Below are positions 40,831-53,600 of a stretch of DNA of 64,000 nucleotides, piece after piece. The notes beneath the pieces are model-generated. The model was given only the letters and a program-made list of their open reading frames with translations, searched no databases and was not told the DNA's origin. Within the stretch, counting starts at the first letter, position 1. Each line of letters starts with the position of its first letter. The DNA is from Macrostomum lignano (lineage: Eukaryota). A program made the translations under genes and the position numbers. The stretch spans positions 1-64,000 of the forward strand of contig NIVC01001368.1 in NCBI GenBank assembly GCA_002269645.1, read 5' to 3'.

Positions 40831-43577
40831 TAGTTTAAAGTGAGTAGGTGCGGGCGCGTAGCTGCTGATTGCTGCCAACAGTGCAGTTCTGACTGTTCAG
40901 TCAGCTGGGAGGCATGCTGAGTCTGCAGAACCAGCGGAAGTTGATTAAATCTAAACTTATAAACAAATTAAATATTAAAAAACTAAAATATTTTCAATTT
41001 ACAAAGACCTTGAAAAACTTTTTAAGAAAAACTGAGTAAAATAAAACTATCTAAAGCTGTTTTAAATATTGACTCATATATAGTCAATAGATTTTTAATA
41101 TGCTATTGTTTAGACCATCATAAAAAGATTTCAAGAAAACTAAGGTGCATTCTATACTACATTGCCTGATGTCTCATTCAAAATACATATATTTAAAATA
41201 AATTATGAAATTTAAGTCAACATCTCAAAAAGTTAAAGAAGCAATAATAATTTTGCTTTTGTTTCTTTAAGAGCTTCTTTGTGACGTGTGAAAATAGAAA
41301 AACCAATAATTTTTTATAAACGCAAGTTTCAATAATTATAGCTATTTATTGAATTCATACATAGCTTTCAATTCATATTAAATTCATTCAACTCATAGCT
41401 ACTTAGACCATAAGAAAGTTGTATTTTTGCAACATAAGAAAGACAAGAACAAGGAAAATAATTTCACATACATTTAGGGACACTATATAGAAATTTTAGT
41501 TGTAGTAGTAAATTTATTATAATAGCATCAAACACACACACAAGTACACACATACACACACATGTAGACACCCACACTGCATAGGTAGGACTCATGCACT
41601 CATGGGAAATGTATTTAAAAATTATTTGCCATGAGACCATTCATAATACATTGGTATTTTTTTACTAAAATTCTGACTCAAAATATTTATTTAAATTTAC
41701 GTTTTAGCGATTTGTAGGCTAATACATAATGATACCATACCAGGGGCATTGCATAAGTCTTATGGGTGACTGAGTGTCAAAGTTGATTAGATTTCTGTCA
41801 TGTTGTAAATTGTAATGAGCTTGAGTTGTTGATAATTTTTGTATTACGTAAAACACTTGTAATAAACTAAAAAGAGCAACATATAGACGTTTTAGCAGCG
41901 TTAAAGTTGTCCCAGATTGGCTAAAGAATTTCGTATTTCTCGCAACGCATTGTTTATATTGTAACGTTAAACGAAGTCAAATGCAATGAAGCTTCCCTCA
42001 CATCCTTGTTGTAAAAAAATAAAAAAACTATTTCTCGAAATATTCTATAAAAAATTCGCAGATATGCCTTCACTCAGAGTCGATCTAAAATATTCCCTAG
42101 TGCGAAATTTTCAATTTTGTTTAAAAGTTACAATCCGGAGAAGACTGATTAGTTTCTATTGGTTAGTCCTATTCAACTTTCTATTAAACTATTAAGACTT
42201 TAAAGACGTCTATTAAGACTACTAATATTTGTCTGCCTTTGCAGAATTTGCAAACCGTAAAAAGTAAATACTCGGAACCATTAGGGCTCCTAAGACTTTA
42301 TAAAATAATTTTATAATCTCTATTTCTCTTTTTCTGAGTTGAAATTTGAAATAAACAAAGAACGCATCGCCGGTCGACCTATTTTTTTTTCGTTCGAAAT
42401 CCCAGGTCACATGTGCAGTAGGTAAAGCAGTAACAGATAATGTGCATGCCATTTTGGGCGTCAATTTTCTTGGTTATTTAAAGGCCCATAGATAATTATT
42501 TCACTTGTAAAAACGTTTAAAATAATGACAAGACCAATTTAACATGAAAAATTGATTAATGCGTCGTTAGAGCAGCATGTGAGGCACAAAATAGTGTGAT
42601 TATGACTTTCTCTGACACTGTAAAGAGACCCAATCACTGTTTTAGTGTTGAAAATCGTGAAATTTCCTATCTCCGTTGGGTATTTTTCCGGTGAAACCTG
42701 CCTTTAAAACTAGTTCTGAACGAAAAGCTATATGATTATCGATAGAGGAATAAGAAAGGCGCAACATATTCAAAACATGAACACAGGATCTGCCTCCTAT
42801 CAAAAGCAGTAACAATTTTTGTGCTAAAGAAATTCAAACCTCCTATCTCTGTAGTGTATTTTTCGGCGAAAAGTTGTCTTCCAAACAAATCTTACCATAT
42901 AGATTTACTCAATACCTTCTACTCAAGTTGTCCTTGCAGCAGGTTCAGCAGCTGAGCTTGAATTTTTCTATTCGGATGATGTACAATCATGTATGCTACA
43001 TGTACGCACATGTAAGATGTAATTATTACTTAAACCGTATACTGCTAAATGAATTATACAAGCATGCTCAATTTTCTAAGAGTATTTGGCACTTTATTCA
43101 ATAAATGTACGTACGAGCGTACGAGTATTTACATGTAGGCAGAAAATCTCAGTGGAAGCTTCTACGAGCTATATATTTGATCATGAACGCACCTTTATGT
43201 ATGTTTTGCGCACAGAGCACGAATCCACGGTATGATGGTACTCACTAGGCAAATCTAGTTATTTGCTGGATCTCGAGTACTTGTACTTTAGCACACATTT
43301 TTCAGAATAGCTTAGAGACCCAGACAGAAAGGAATAGGAATGCACAAGAACGAGCCGGCAAGAATTTTTTTCGAAGCACATTATTAATGCGAATGTGAGC
43401 AGCCAATTAAATAACAGTCTATTTAAGAGTTACAACAGTTTTGAATCTAGCTGAATGAGTGCAGAGCGCACTGCAGGTAAAGCCAGATATTTCTAACAGC
43501 GATTGAATTTGCACTAGCAATAAAAAAGCAATTGCAGGTGCAGCTCCCGGGAAGAGCTGAACTGCAGTCTGGCTGCG

Positions 43578-44432
43578 TCACGCCGCACGATGACTTTTGA
43601 CAACTTTGGCGATGCAGCCCGCAATCTCGCGCGGAGTCTTGGTCTGGCCGTAGTAATCCACTACGCTACCGTCCGGGCTCACCAGGTACATGATGATCGC
43701 GTGGTCCACTATGTAGTCCCCGTCCTGGTCAACTGGGCCCTTGCTGTAGTACACTCTGTACTTCTTGGCTACTTCGTCAACCTCGGCCTTGGTGCCGGTG
43801 AGGCCGATGAACTTGTCGCTGAAATCAGCGATGTACTCCTTGACCAGGGCCGGCGTGTCGCGCTCCGGGTCGATGCTCACGAATACCGGGGTGATCCGGA
43901 GCGGGTCCTTGTCCAGCCGCAACCGCTCCACAACCTCGGCCATCTTCTCCATCTGCTCGGGACAGATGTCCGGGCAGTGGCAGAAGCCGAAGTACAGCAA
44001 TAACCAGCCGCTGTTGCCGGACAGCTCCGCCCGGGTCACGTAGCGGCCCCGCTGGTCCAACAGGCGGAAGTCACCACCGACTGCTAGCGCGCTGTCCGAC
44101 TGGCCACCGCCGCGGCCAACCGACGAGGAACCGAAAGAGGACTCTGAGCCGACGCGACCCTGCGTCACCTGGGCCTCCAGCTGGCGCAGGCGGGACTCTT
44201 TCCACACGTAGAAACCAGCGAATACCGAGGTGGTCAGGGCGCAGGACAACACGGCCAGCTTCTTCCTGCGTTTAGCATCCTCCTCCTGCTGCTGCTGCTG
44301 CTGCGAATGCTTGTGCTGCTCATGATCCTGATCCTGCTGCTGCTGCTGCTGCGACATCAGCCGGGCTGGGGGACAGCGGCACAGGCACCGAAGGCTGCGC
44401 GCTGACACTGCTTGCCAAAGGAGACTCGACAT
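43578..44432 (-). CDS. SCO1: SCO1/SCO2 copper chaperone, 284 aa, intronless CDS
   Basis: Mitochondrial presequence-like N-terminus, TM helix, GGDFRLLD, YFGFCHCPDICP (CxxxC), IDPERD, YIVDH..MYL. Confidence 0.95.
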   Translation of the reverse strand: MSSLLWQAVSARSLRCLCRCPPARLMSQQQQQQDQDHEQHKHSQQQQQQEEDAKRRKKLAVLSCALTTSVFAGFYVWKESRLRQLEAQVTQGRVGSESSFGSSSVGRGGGQSDSALAVGGDFRLLDQRGRYVTRAELSGNSGWLLLYFGFCHCPDICPEQMEKMAEVVERLRLDKDPLRITPVFVSIDPERDTPALVKEYIADFSDKFIGLTGTKAEVDEVAKKYRVYYSKGPVDQDGDYIVDHAIIMYLVSPDGSVVDYYGQTKTPREIAGCIAKVVKSHRAA

Positions 44433-44487
44433 GGGAGCTGCAGTGCGGCGCGGGTGAAAAGTAACAGGATTGCTCTGACCAACCTAG

Positions 44488-44752
44488 CTGTGACTGACCA
44501 TTGTCAGCTGCACCTGACCCATCTGTGTGACTGAGTGACCATTGTCAGCTGCACCTGACCCATCTGTGTGACTGAGTGACCATTGTCAGCTGCACCTGAC
44601 CCATCTGTGTGACTGAGTGACCAGTGTCAGCTGCACCTGACCCATCTGTGTGACTGAGTGACCATTGTCAGCAGCACCTGACCCATCTGTGTGACTGAGT
44701 GGACATTGGGGTTTCAGCTGCACCTGACCCATCTGTGACTGAGTGGACATTG
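44488..44752. repeat. 41-bp tandem repeat, ~6 copies, upstream of SCO
   Basis: Unit gtgactgagtgaccattgtcagctgcacctgacccatctgt. Confidence 0.93.
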
Positions 44753-45398
44753 GGTGTGTCAACTGCTATTCAACAAAATTCCGGAGCAGTAAAATCAGTA
44801 CTATACTGATACAAATTCCTTAGCAGAGGCCTAAAAAAGTAGAGATCAACAAGACAGACAGTCAAGTGAATACGTGGGTAGCAAAGCATTATACTCGTAA
44901 TAACACAGCTAGTATATTATCAGTCAGACAGGGAACAGCAAATAGTTAACTGTTTATAATATTTGCCACCGAATTGATCGTAGAACCAGCACGGATCGAA
45001 AACCGTTGGCTGGCACTCAGAGACAGGCAGTACATGGCGGGGAGACAGCAAGGATACAGCGGCAGTCAAATTGTAAGATTTCGGGATAATTGAAAAGCTG
45101 AAGAAGATTAAGGCATATGACTACAATTAAAGACAACCAACACAATTTTACATGACAAACGCATAAAAGCATTAAGCAAGATTTTTAGTTGAGGAGGTTT
45201 ATTAGTAAAATTGTTATAGCTGAAAAAATTGGGGAATTAAAATGCAAGCACAGGAACAGTGAAATGAAGAGTAACTGCTGGGATCAGGTACAGCCTGAGT
45301 AGCAGGGGTGAGCAGTCAAGACAGTCAAGCTTGAGCCAGGCAGCAAGATGCGAGGAATCGGCACTGATGCTGCTGCCACCTGCCCGATGGCACTGAAG

Positions 45399-48260
45399 TC
45401 AGGCATCCACAGCCATGGGCTGGGGCTGGTCATCAGCGAGCTGGTTGACGCGCAGCAGCAGCTCATAGAGCAGGTCGGGCCGCACCAGGCCGTAGTCGGT
45501 GAGGCTGGCCAGGTGCAACAGCAGGTTGCCGCGCAGGCCGCGGGCCAGCAGGTCAGGCGCGCAGCGGTCGATGAAGGTGCTGCACAGCTGCGGCAGCTGG
45601 TGCTGCCCTGTTACGGGGCCGCCCTCCCAGGTCATCACGTGCAGGTTCCAAGCCATCATCACGGCCTTCTCGCCTTCGTTGACATCCGTAAAGTCTTCCA
45701 GGTTTCGGGAGTACTTCTGGCGCAGCCAGTCCGGCGCGATCTCGTCCTCGGAGTCGGCATCGATCTCCTGGGGCAGCAGCGGCACGCAGGTCTGCGAGTG
45801 GAAATACTGCCGCGTGTGCCCGCTGACCAGCGGGCGCGGGTTCGCCACCAGCGTCTGCTGGGCGGAGCAGGCGGCCCCGCGCCAGTGGATCAGGTGGGTG
45901 AACGGCAGCCGACGGGCCGGGAAGGGCGTGGGTTCGAATCCGGTGGAACGGAACAGACAGGCCGGGTCGCCCTCATAGCCGCCGTTGTAGTCGGAGTTGA
46001 TGCGGACCTCCAGCAGGAGGCGGCGACGCTTCACGGCGGAGGTCTCGGAGATGCTGGCGAAGGCCAGGCGCGAATGGCAGGCGCGCAGGTGGCACAGAAG
46101 GCCGTTGGCCTGGCGGCAGTCCAGGTCGCACCAGGGGCAGCGGAGGCCGTCCACCTGGCGGATGCGTGGGGGCGGATGCATGTGGAAATTTGGCAAGTCG
46201 AATATGGATTTTTGAGGGCCGGTATGTTGCACGAGCGGATGCAAGAATGGGTGGAATTCGGGGGCGGATGCAAGAATGGGTGGAATTCCGGGGCGAATGC
46301 AAGAATGGGGGGAATTCCGGGGCGAATGCAAGAATGGGTGGAATTCCGGGGCGGATGCAAGAATGGGGGGAATTCCGTGGCGGGTGCAAGAATGGGGGGA
46401 ATTCGGGGGCGGATGCAAGAATGGGGGCAATTCCGGGGCGGATGCAAGAATGGGGGGAATTCCGGGGCGAATGCAAGAATGGGGGAATTCCGGGGCGGGT
46501 GCAAGAATGGGGGAATTCCGGGGCGAATGCAAGAATGGGGGAATTCCGGGGCGGATGCAAGAATGGGGGAATTCCGGGGCGAATGCAAGAATGGGGGAAT
46601 TCCGGGGCGGATGCAAGAATGGGGGAATTCCGGGGCGAATGCAAGAATGGGAGAATTCCGGGGCGGATGCAAGAAGGGGGGAATTCCGGGGCGGATACAA
46701 GAATGGGGGAATTCCGGGGCGGATGCAAGAATGGGGGGAATTCCGGGGCGGATGCAAGAATGGGGGGAATTCCGGGGCGGATGCAAGAATGGGGGGAATT
46801 CGGGGGCGGATGTAAGAATGGAAGGAATTCCGGGGCGGATGCAAGAATGGGGGGAATTCGGGGCAAGGAGTGGAAATAGTCACCAAGGATTAGTGGCGAA
46901 ATGGAGACCCGATTCGGTAAAGCATCTCGCCGCGGTCGTCACTAACCTCGGTGCACTGGCGGCATCGCCCAGCGTGATAAAAATTATAAATGACCCGCCA
47001 GTCGCCTCCAGCGCCGGATTTGCTGCCGGCCGACTGTTTGGCGGTGCCGCTGTGCTGCCGCTTGCGCGACTTCTGCTGCGGCTGCTCCTCCTTTGCCTGC
47101 GCCTCCGCTTGGGGTGGCTGCTGCAGAGCCTCCGCGCCCGCCGGCTCCCCGGTCACGCCGTACCAGCGAGCTGAGAATCGAACCACGGGCCACCGCTCGT
47201 ACTCGCTAGCCTCTGCCGAGGCCGGCCGGATGCGGCTGCCGTGCCACTCCTGCAGCACCCGGGCGGAGGCGCTGACCAGGTCGGCGGGCTCCTCGGCGCC
47301 CAGGCACTCCAGACGGCATTCGTACTCGCCGGTGTACAGCTGCAGCGGGCAGTCGATGGCTGTGCCGCTACTGGTGCAGGTCTGGGCCCGGCCGTGGTTA
47401 AACAGCGGCAGCAGGGCGCAATACTGCACCGGGTACTCCGTCACGTCCTTCTTGTGCGACTTCCTGGACCCGGGGGGAGAGTCGTACATCTTGGAGTAGT
47501 TCCTCTTCTCCATGGCGCTGACCCGCAGCAGCAGGTAGCTCTGCACAATCCGGTTGGCTTGCGGATCGCGCAGGTCTTTGTTCAGCACGGTGAAGTCGGC
47601 AGGCGGCTCCGAGTCGGCGCCAGCGCTGCCGTGGCCGTTGCGGTGCGGCCGCTGAGTCCGGGAGTACGGGTTGCACTCCAGCGACAGGCAGGCCAAGTGG
47701 CGCTGCCCGCTGGACTGGGTGGACTTGCGCCTGTTGTAGCAGCGGTGCACCACAGCCAGGTCCAGGCGGGCGGACACCGTCACCCACTCCTTCTCCCGGT
47801 TCGAGTCGAAGAAGCCGGCAAAGCGCAGCTCCAGCGAGGCGTTGCGCGGCAAATCCCAGGCTGGCGCCTCCGCCGGCAGCTCTGGCGGGGCAGCCACGGG
47901 CCGGCCGGCCAGGGCGGCAGTGGACTCGGCCAGGCTGCGGCTGCCGGACCTGCCGACTGGCCGGCCAATGTAGGACAGGCTGCGGGTCAGGAAGATTGGC
48001 GACGTCCGGTGCCGCATGGCCAGGTAGCGGTACAGGTGAGTGGGCGGCGAGAGCACCTCGATGAAGGCTGCATGCGCCATGGCCTCCTCAGTTGGCGGCT
48101 CCGGCTTTGCCACAGAGGTCGCCGCCTTGCCGTTGCCGCCGCCAGCCCCGGCCGAGGACGCCAGGCTGCTCAACGAGGTGCTCGAAGCCACGCGGGGCAG
48201 GCAGCCCGACGACTCAGACGGCCCAGTTGATTGGCGCTGCTGCTGACCGGCCTTCACCAT
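45399..48260 (-). CDS. SUZ12: Polycomb PRC2 subunit SUZ12, ~689 aa. Exons 46947-48260 and 45399-46154
   Basis: PTHLYRYLAMRHRTSPIFLTRSLSY; RVIYNF..RQCTE|VDGLRCPWC..HLRACHSR zinc finger; VEFS box RQYFHS..DSEDE..DWLR..EDFTDVNEGEKAVMMAWN; phase-0 GTTAGT/AG intron. Confidence 0.94.
46236..46870. repeat. ~29-30-bp G-rich minisatellite in the SUZ12 intron
   Basis: Unit gaattccggggcg(g/a)atgcaagaatgggg(gg). Confidence 0.96.
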
Positions 48261-48433
48261 GGCTGCAACTGGGCGCAGCAGCAAACACCAACTTATTCAG
48301 CATCACTTCTCCCATTCCTTGCCCTGTTCTCATGATATTTATTATACTCAGCGCACGTTCCCTATCCTTTTTATCAATACTAGCCCTCATAACTGCCAGC
48401 CTCATTGCCCCCTTGCCCTGTCCCTCCATCGCA

Positions 48434-48803
48434 CTCCTGACAACGCACCTCCATCACCCTCCTGACAACGCACCTCCAGCACCCTCCTGACAACGCACCT
48501 CCATCACCCTCCTGACAACGCACCTCCATCACTCTCCTGACAATTCACCTCCATCACCCTCCTGACAACGCACCTCCATCACCCTCCTGACCATTCACCT
48601 CCATCATCCTCCTGACAACGCACCTCCATCACCCTCCTGACAACGCACCTCCATCACCCTCCTGACAACGCACCTCCATCACCCTCCTGACAACGCACCT
48701 CCATCACCCTCCTGACAATTCACCTCCATCACCCTCCTGACAACGCACCTCCATCACCCTCCTGACAACGCACCTCCATCACCCTCCTGACCATTCACCT
48801 CTA
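48434..48803. repeat. 25-bp tandem repeat, ~15 copies, between Orai and SUZ12
   Basis: Unit cctcctgacaacgcacctccatcac. Confidence 0.95.
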
Positions 48804-49394
48804 TCCTCTTATTTACCTTTCAGCCCACTGACCAGTCACCAATGAATTACAAAAGAACAACCGATTGCTTCTTGCAAAACGTGGTTTCAAAACAGGAGAA
48901 TCTTTACTTTCTCTGTATTTTGGGAATGAAAAGTCTGCCAGAACTCAGCTACTCAGAAGCCAGAGGAACTCAAAGACGAAATAAGCAAAGAACCAATCTA
49001 TATGCTTGCATTTTATATGCGACCGCAAATATGAAATACACGCAGCAGCATTCACCGCAGTGGAACACAGCAATATACAAAATTTGTACAATATTTCAGA
49101 GAATCCACAGGACACCAGCAAACTGGAAAACACATGAAAGAGATTCAGTCCAGCAAGTGGAATTCACACAGAACTGAAACTAAAATCACTGATGTACTGA
49201 TTATGCGACTGTCACACTACACGCACACCTCACAGGCATTTCACCTGCATGCCTGAGTTCACATTCGTACTGCCCTCCTATAACTACTCTCACGCACCTT
49301 TACATTGTCACGCGCCATCACAGAGAATTCAGATTACTTTCAAACAGAACTGAAGCGAAATGCGCGCAGTCATCACGTGAATTTCGGCAGGCAT

Positions 49395-50606
49395 TCACAC
49401 CACCTTAACGACGCCGTCAACGTCTTCAGCAACCCCGGGGTCGTCGCCAAACGCCTTCAGGTCGCGCTGCAGCCGTTGGACCAGCTTGGTGGCGCGCTGG
49501 AACTTGTGCAGCGTGAGCTGACGGTAGAACAGCAGCGAGAAGATTAGGAACAGCAGCACGACGGGCGCGATGATCACCGTGGCACCGATAGCTGCGCCAC
49601 GGGACACAGTCAGGAATTTCACCCAGGCAAGCAGAACAACTACTACTAGGAACAGTAGTATGCCCAGGCCGGTGCTGAATACCCATGCAATTTCTATGAA
49701 AACCCGCATCTTGTCGTGCGGCGACTCGCGGATCGACCTGCGGGCAAATACGAGCTTGAGTAGAGGCAGCCACTGAGTGACTGAGAGGTGGGCAGCAGCA
49801 GTCAGTGAATGCAGGGGAGGTGGGCAGCAGCAGTCAGTGAATGCAGGGGAGGTGGGCAGCAGCAGTCAGTGAATGCAGGGGAGGTGGGCAGCAGCAGTCA
49901 GTGAATGCAGGGGAGGTGGGCAGCAGCAGTCAGTGAATGCAGGGGAGGTGGGCAGCAGCAGTCAGTGAATGCAGGGGAGGTGGGCAGCAGCAGTCAGTGA
50001 ATGCAGGGGTGGTGGGCAGCAGCAGTCAGTGAATGCAGGGGAGGTGGGCAGCAGCAGTCAGTGAATGCAGGGGAGGTGGGCAGCAGCAGTCAGTGAATGC
50101 AGGGGAGGTGGGCAGCAGCAGTCAGTGAATGCAGGGGAGGTGGGCAGCAGCAGTCAGTGAATGCAGGGGTGGGCAGCAGCAGTCAGTGAATGCAGGAGGG
50201 ATGGGCAGCCAGTGAGCTATAAATCTGACCCTGCCCGGACCCACCTTGCATCCATGGGAGTGGCGATCCCCAGGTTGGGCAGGATGCAGGTGCTGATCAT
50301 GAGCGCCAGCATGTGCACAGCGATGAGCAGAGAGGCGGCACAGGCGAAGGCCACAAGCAGCCAGTCGGGCACGGGCCGCTGCCCGATCTCCAGCTCCACC
50401 ATGGCCACGATGGCGAAGCCGGACAGCAGGGCGGAAGTCCGGCTGGCAGCCTTCAGCTTGGCCCGGCGCAGCTGCAGCCGGCGCCAGGACAGCGCATCTT
50501 TGATGCCCAGCGGCGCCTGCGGGCTCAGCTGGTTGCCTGTGAAGTTCAGGTCGCCGACAGCTGCCTTTGGAGTTTCTATGGTAACAAAGCTGGCGGGGTC
50601 CTCCAT
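49395..50606 (-). CDS. ORAI: Orai calcium channel, ~234 aa. Exons 50245-50606 and 49395-49737
   Basis: [72 protein letters not shown] nexus; four TM segments. Confidence 0.95.
49786..50210. repeat. 32-bp minisatellite in the Orai intron, ~13 copies
   Basis: Unit gaggtgggcagcagcagtcagtgaatgcaggg. Confidence 0.97.
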
Positions 50607-53600
50607 GCTGCAGTTATTTATACCAGTCAGATGCAGTTCTATCCATACTTTCAGTTCAAGATGGAAATTTCATTCCGAAATTTTAGAGCACATATTAACT
50701 GACTACTCCTGACTAATTAATGGCTAGACATACATGCGCAACCTCCGAAATTCAGTCGGCCATACGACTTAGTTTTAACAAAAATGCGACTTACATGTAA
50801 AAAACCCTAAAGCAAAATTAACGCAACTTTGGGTAAACAGCAGGAGTAACTATAACTGTCTTATTAAGCCAAAATGCCTCGTCAGCTACTTAGTACTACT
50901 TACTTGGTTATTTTTCAGATGGGCATTTTTGCAATTAGAATTGTTAGCTAATAAATCTTAAACTTAGCATAATTTTCTAATAGAAACAAACATAGAGACT
51001 AATATAGCTCAAAAGTATTGTCTATTTGATTTGATAACTGGTTTAAAATGCCTAATATAAAGATTAAATATGAAATGGTATTAATATTCTGTAGGTATAC
51101 AAGGTTTCTATCTAACCTTAAAGTAATAAAATTTAAGTTACTTTAAATTATGCTTTATACTTATCATTCAAGTTTAAATTTAAATATTGTATAGCATGGC
51201 ATATAGGACAATAGATGAATAATGCCTTGGAAGCCAACCATTTTAATATAATGCTCTCATTTCCAGCTATTAACATTTTCTCTTATTATAACTTCCTTAT
51301 AAATATAGTTTAGAGATCAATATTTAGTTGAAATATATAAAACTATGCATACTATTTGAGATAAATCTATTTGCTTGAACTCATTAGGATTGGGCCATAG
51401 CATCTATATATATAGTTCTATTAGATCTAAAAATATTTTCCTAATTTGCATTTAGACAAAAATAAAGTTAAAATAGGCAAGGGTCACTACGTTTCATTTT
51501 TTGCTAGACTGAACAATGTTTTAACCAATTGATGATACTTATATACAAAAGTAATAGAAAAAGATGATACCAATAACTTAAAGGCTTGTTCATGTCTGCT
51601 GTTGTTGGTAGTTCAAATTGTATAATTTGGCTATTATTAATCAATAATTAATTGGTTATTATAAATAAAGAATTGGCCATTTTTCAATTTAAAACAAAAA
51701 TTGATTTTGCATTATAAATAGGCCCTAGGCATTTGACTACATGGGAAATCTTATAGGAAATAATAGGAATTTCTAGGATTGTCAAAAGGCTTTTTATTCT
51801 GTCTCTACAATTGATTCCACAGCTGTCACTAAAGTTGTCCTAGGGTTATTTCTTCCTATTAATCCCACTGGTTATTAGTTGCCTTGTTCTAATAGTGCAT
51901 GTACTTCTATTGGTAGTGTATGTACTTTTATTGGTAGCGTATGTACTTTTATTGTACTTTCTGGCCTGAGCAGTCTTTAGGCACAGTCTATCCTTATCCC
52001 TATACTCCTCTAAAGATATTATTCTCAGTCCAGGGCATTCCTGAGATCAGAGGGTCATAGCGCACTTTGCTAGGTTTCTGCCCTGAGGCGGGTTTCTCAG
52101 ACTCTAAGCCTGGATTTCTCTACCCTGTGGTAGGATTTCTGCCTTCTGGGGGCGGGTTACTAAACTCCTAAGTCTAGGATTTCTCGTTCTCTGAGAATGG
52201 ACTGAACTCCTACTCTTGGGGCAACTCCTAAGTCACTATCTACTACTTCAAATAAATAACACAAGTGATTACAAGCCCAAGGCTGATTTGAAGCTTGATC
52301 AATGTTCGAAACAATAACCAAGAAAGGGTGAAAAGGTTGAACAAGGTAAAAAGGTGGACCAGGTTATTTATTTCGGCTTCCAACTGACTTCTTTTTATAT
52401 TCAAGTTTTTGCTAGTATTTAAAACAAAGTATTAATACATAGAATATTCAGAATATTTTGCATATAAGAAATATTTTTTATATTTGAATAATATAACAAC
52501 AGTAGTACGATTTTGAAATGCAACTTTTTCTAGGAAATTGTTATAAAACTGAAGGCCTATTATAGGATAAAGGTGGCTTGGCAATTGAAGTTGGGATATA
52601 CTTAGAAGGCCCTATAATGTTTCTATAAATATACCATATTGGCTATGAGAAGCCTAGTATATATTAGTATAAAATACTAATTAGGTACTTTACATTCCAG
52701 CATAAGGCCTATGTTTTGCATGATCTCCACAATCTATATAATATGGCAAAATGTACTACAAGAAAAAAGCAAAGGATAATTTTTCTTCAGAATTCAAATA
52801 AGGATAATCTATAAATAAGATATATAGATAAGATAATTTTGGAGGGGCCTAGGCTAGGGACTTTGCTAGACATAGTTGTATACTTATACCACTATCAACT
52901 AATAAGCAGTTAACAAAATGCCAAGTTTATTTTGTATCTATCTTTGCTAATAGGAGTTCTTATAGGGCCATTCCATATAATTATGGTCGTAACATGACAG
53001 ACTATTTTTACTTATAAAATGAAATCTAATAATAGAATATACTAAACCAATATTTTGAATGAAAGATTATTTTGTCAAGAATATGTTTATAAAGTTTCAT
53101 ATAGATATCATCATTAGTATAGATGTTATTAAACCTTGAATGGCACTTATGGTCGTAACAACAGGATTTTTGACATATAGAAACTAAAAGATAAAAGTCT
53201 TATAAAATTTTTCATTTTTGATATTTTGCAATAATTTTTTTTTAATTTGACTAGGAACATCTTTCGAAGTCATACTCTTTTATTAGAATATATAAACTCA
53301 AAAAGGCAACAAAGATACAAAAGAAAAGGCAGCCTTATGGTCGTAACATTATGGTCATAACATATTTTTTTCTGTCAATTCAGTAACTTTGAAGTACTAA
53401 TATATTAAAAATATAATAGATTATATGGTTGCTAATGTTTTTATCCGATGATGCAAGTACTATAATTTTATATATAGTTTGTTTTAACCTTCTAAAGCTT
53501 TCTATTTGTTTTTAAAAGGTACATAAACTTAATGATGTCTTTTGCTTAGAAAATGTCCAATTTTTTACAAAAAAACTTTTTGCCAATTGATAACATACTA

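Noticed and set aside
46890-46946. SUZ12 ORF read-through to the stop at 46890, or a GC donor at ~46930
   Set aside because: The canonical GTTAGT donor at 46946 joins in phase 0 to VDGLRCPWC and restores the conserved zinc finger.
43590-48230. Plus-strand ORFs (137, 608, 329 aa) overlapping SCO and SUZ12
   Set aside because: Antisense shadows of GC-rich coding sequence plus an intronic repeat.
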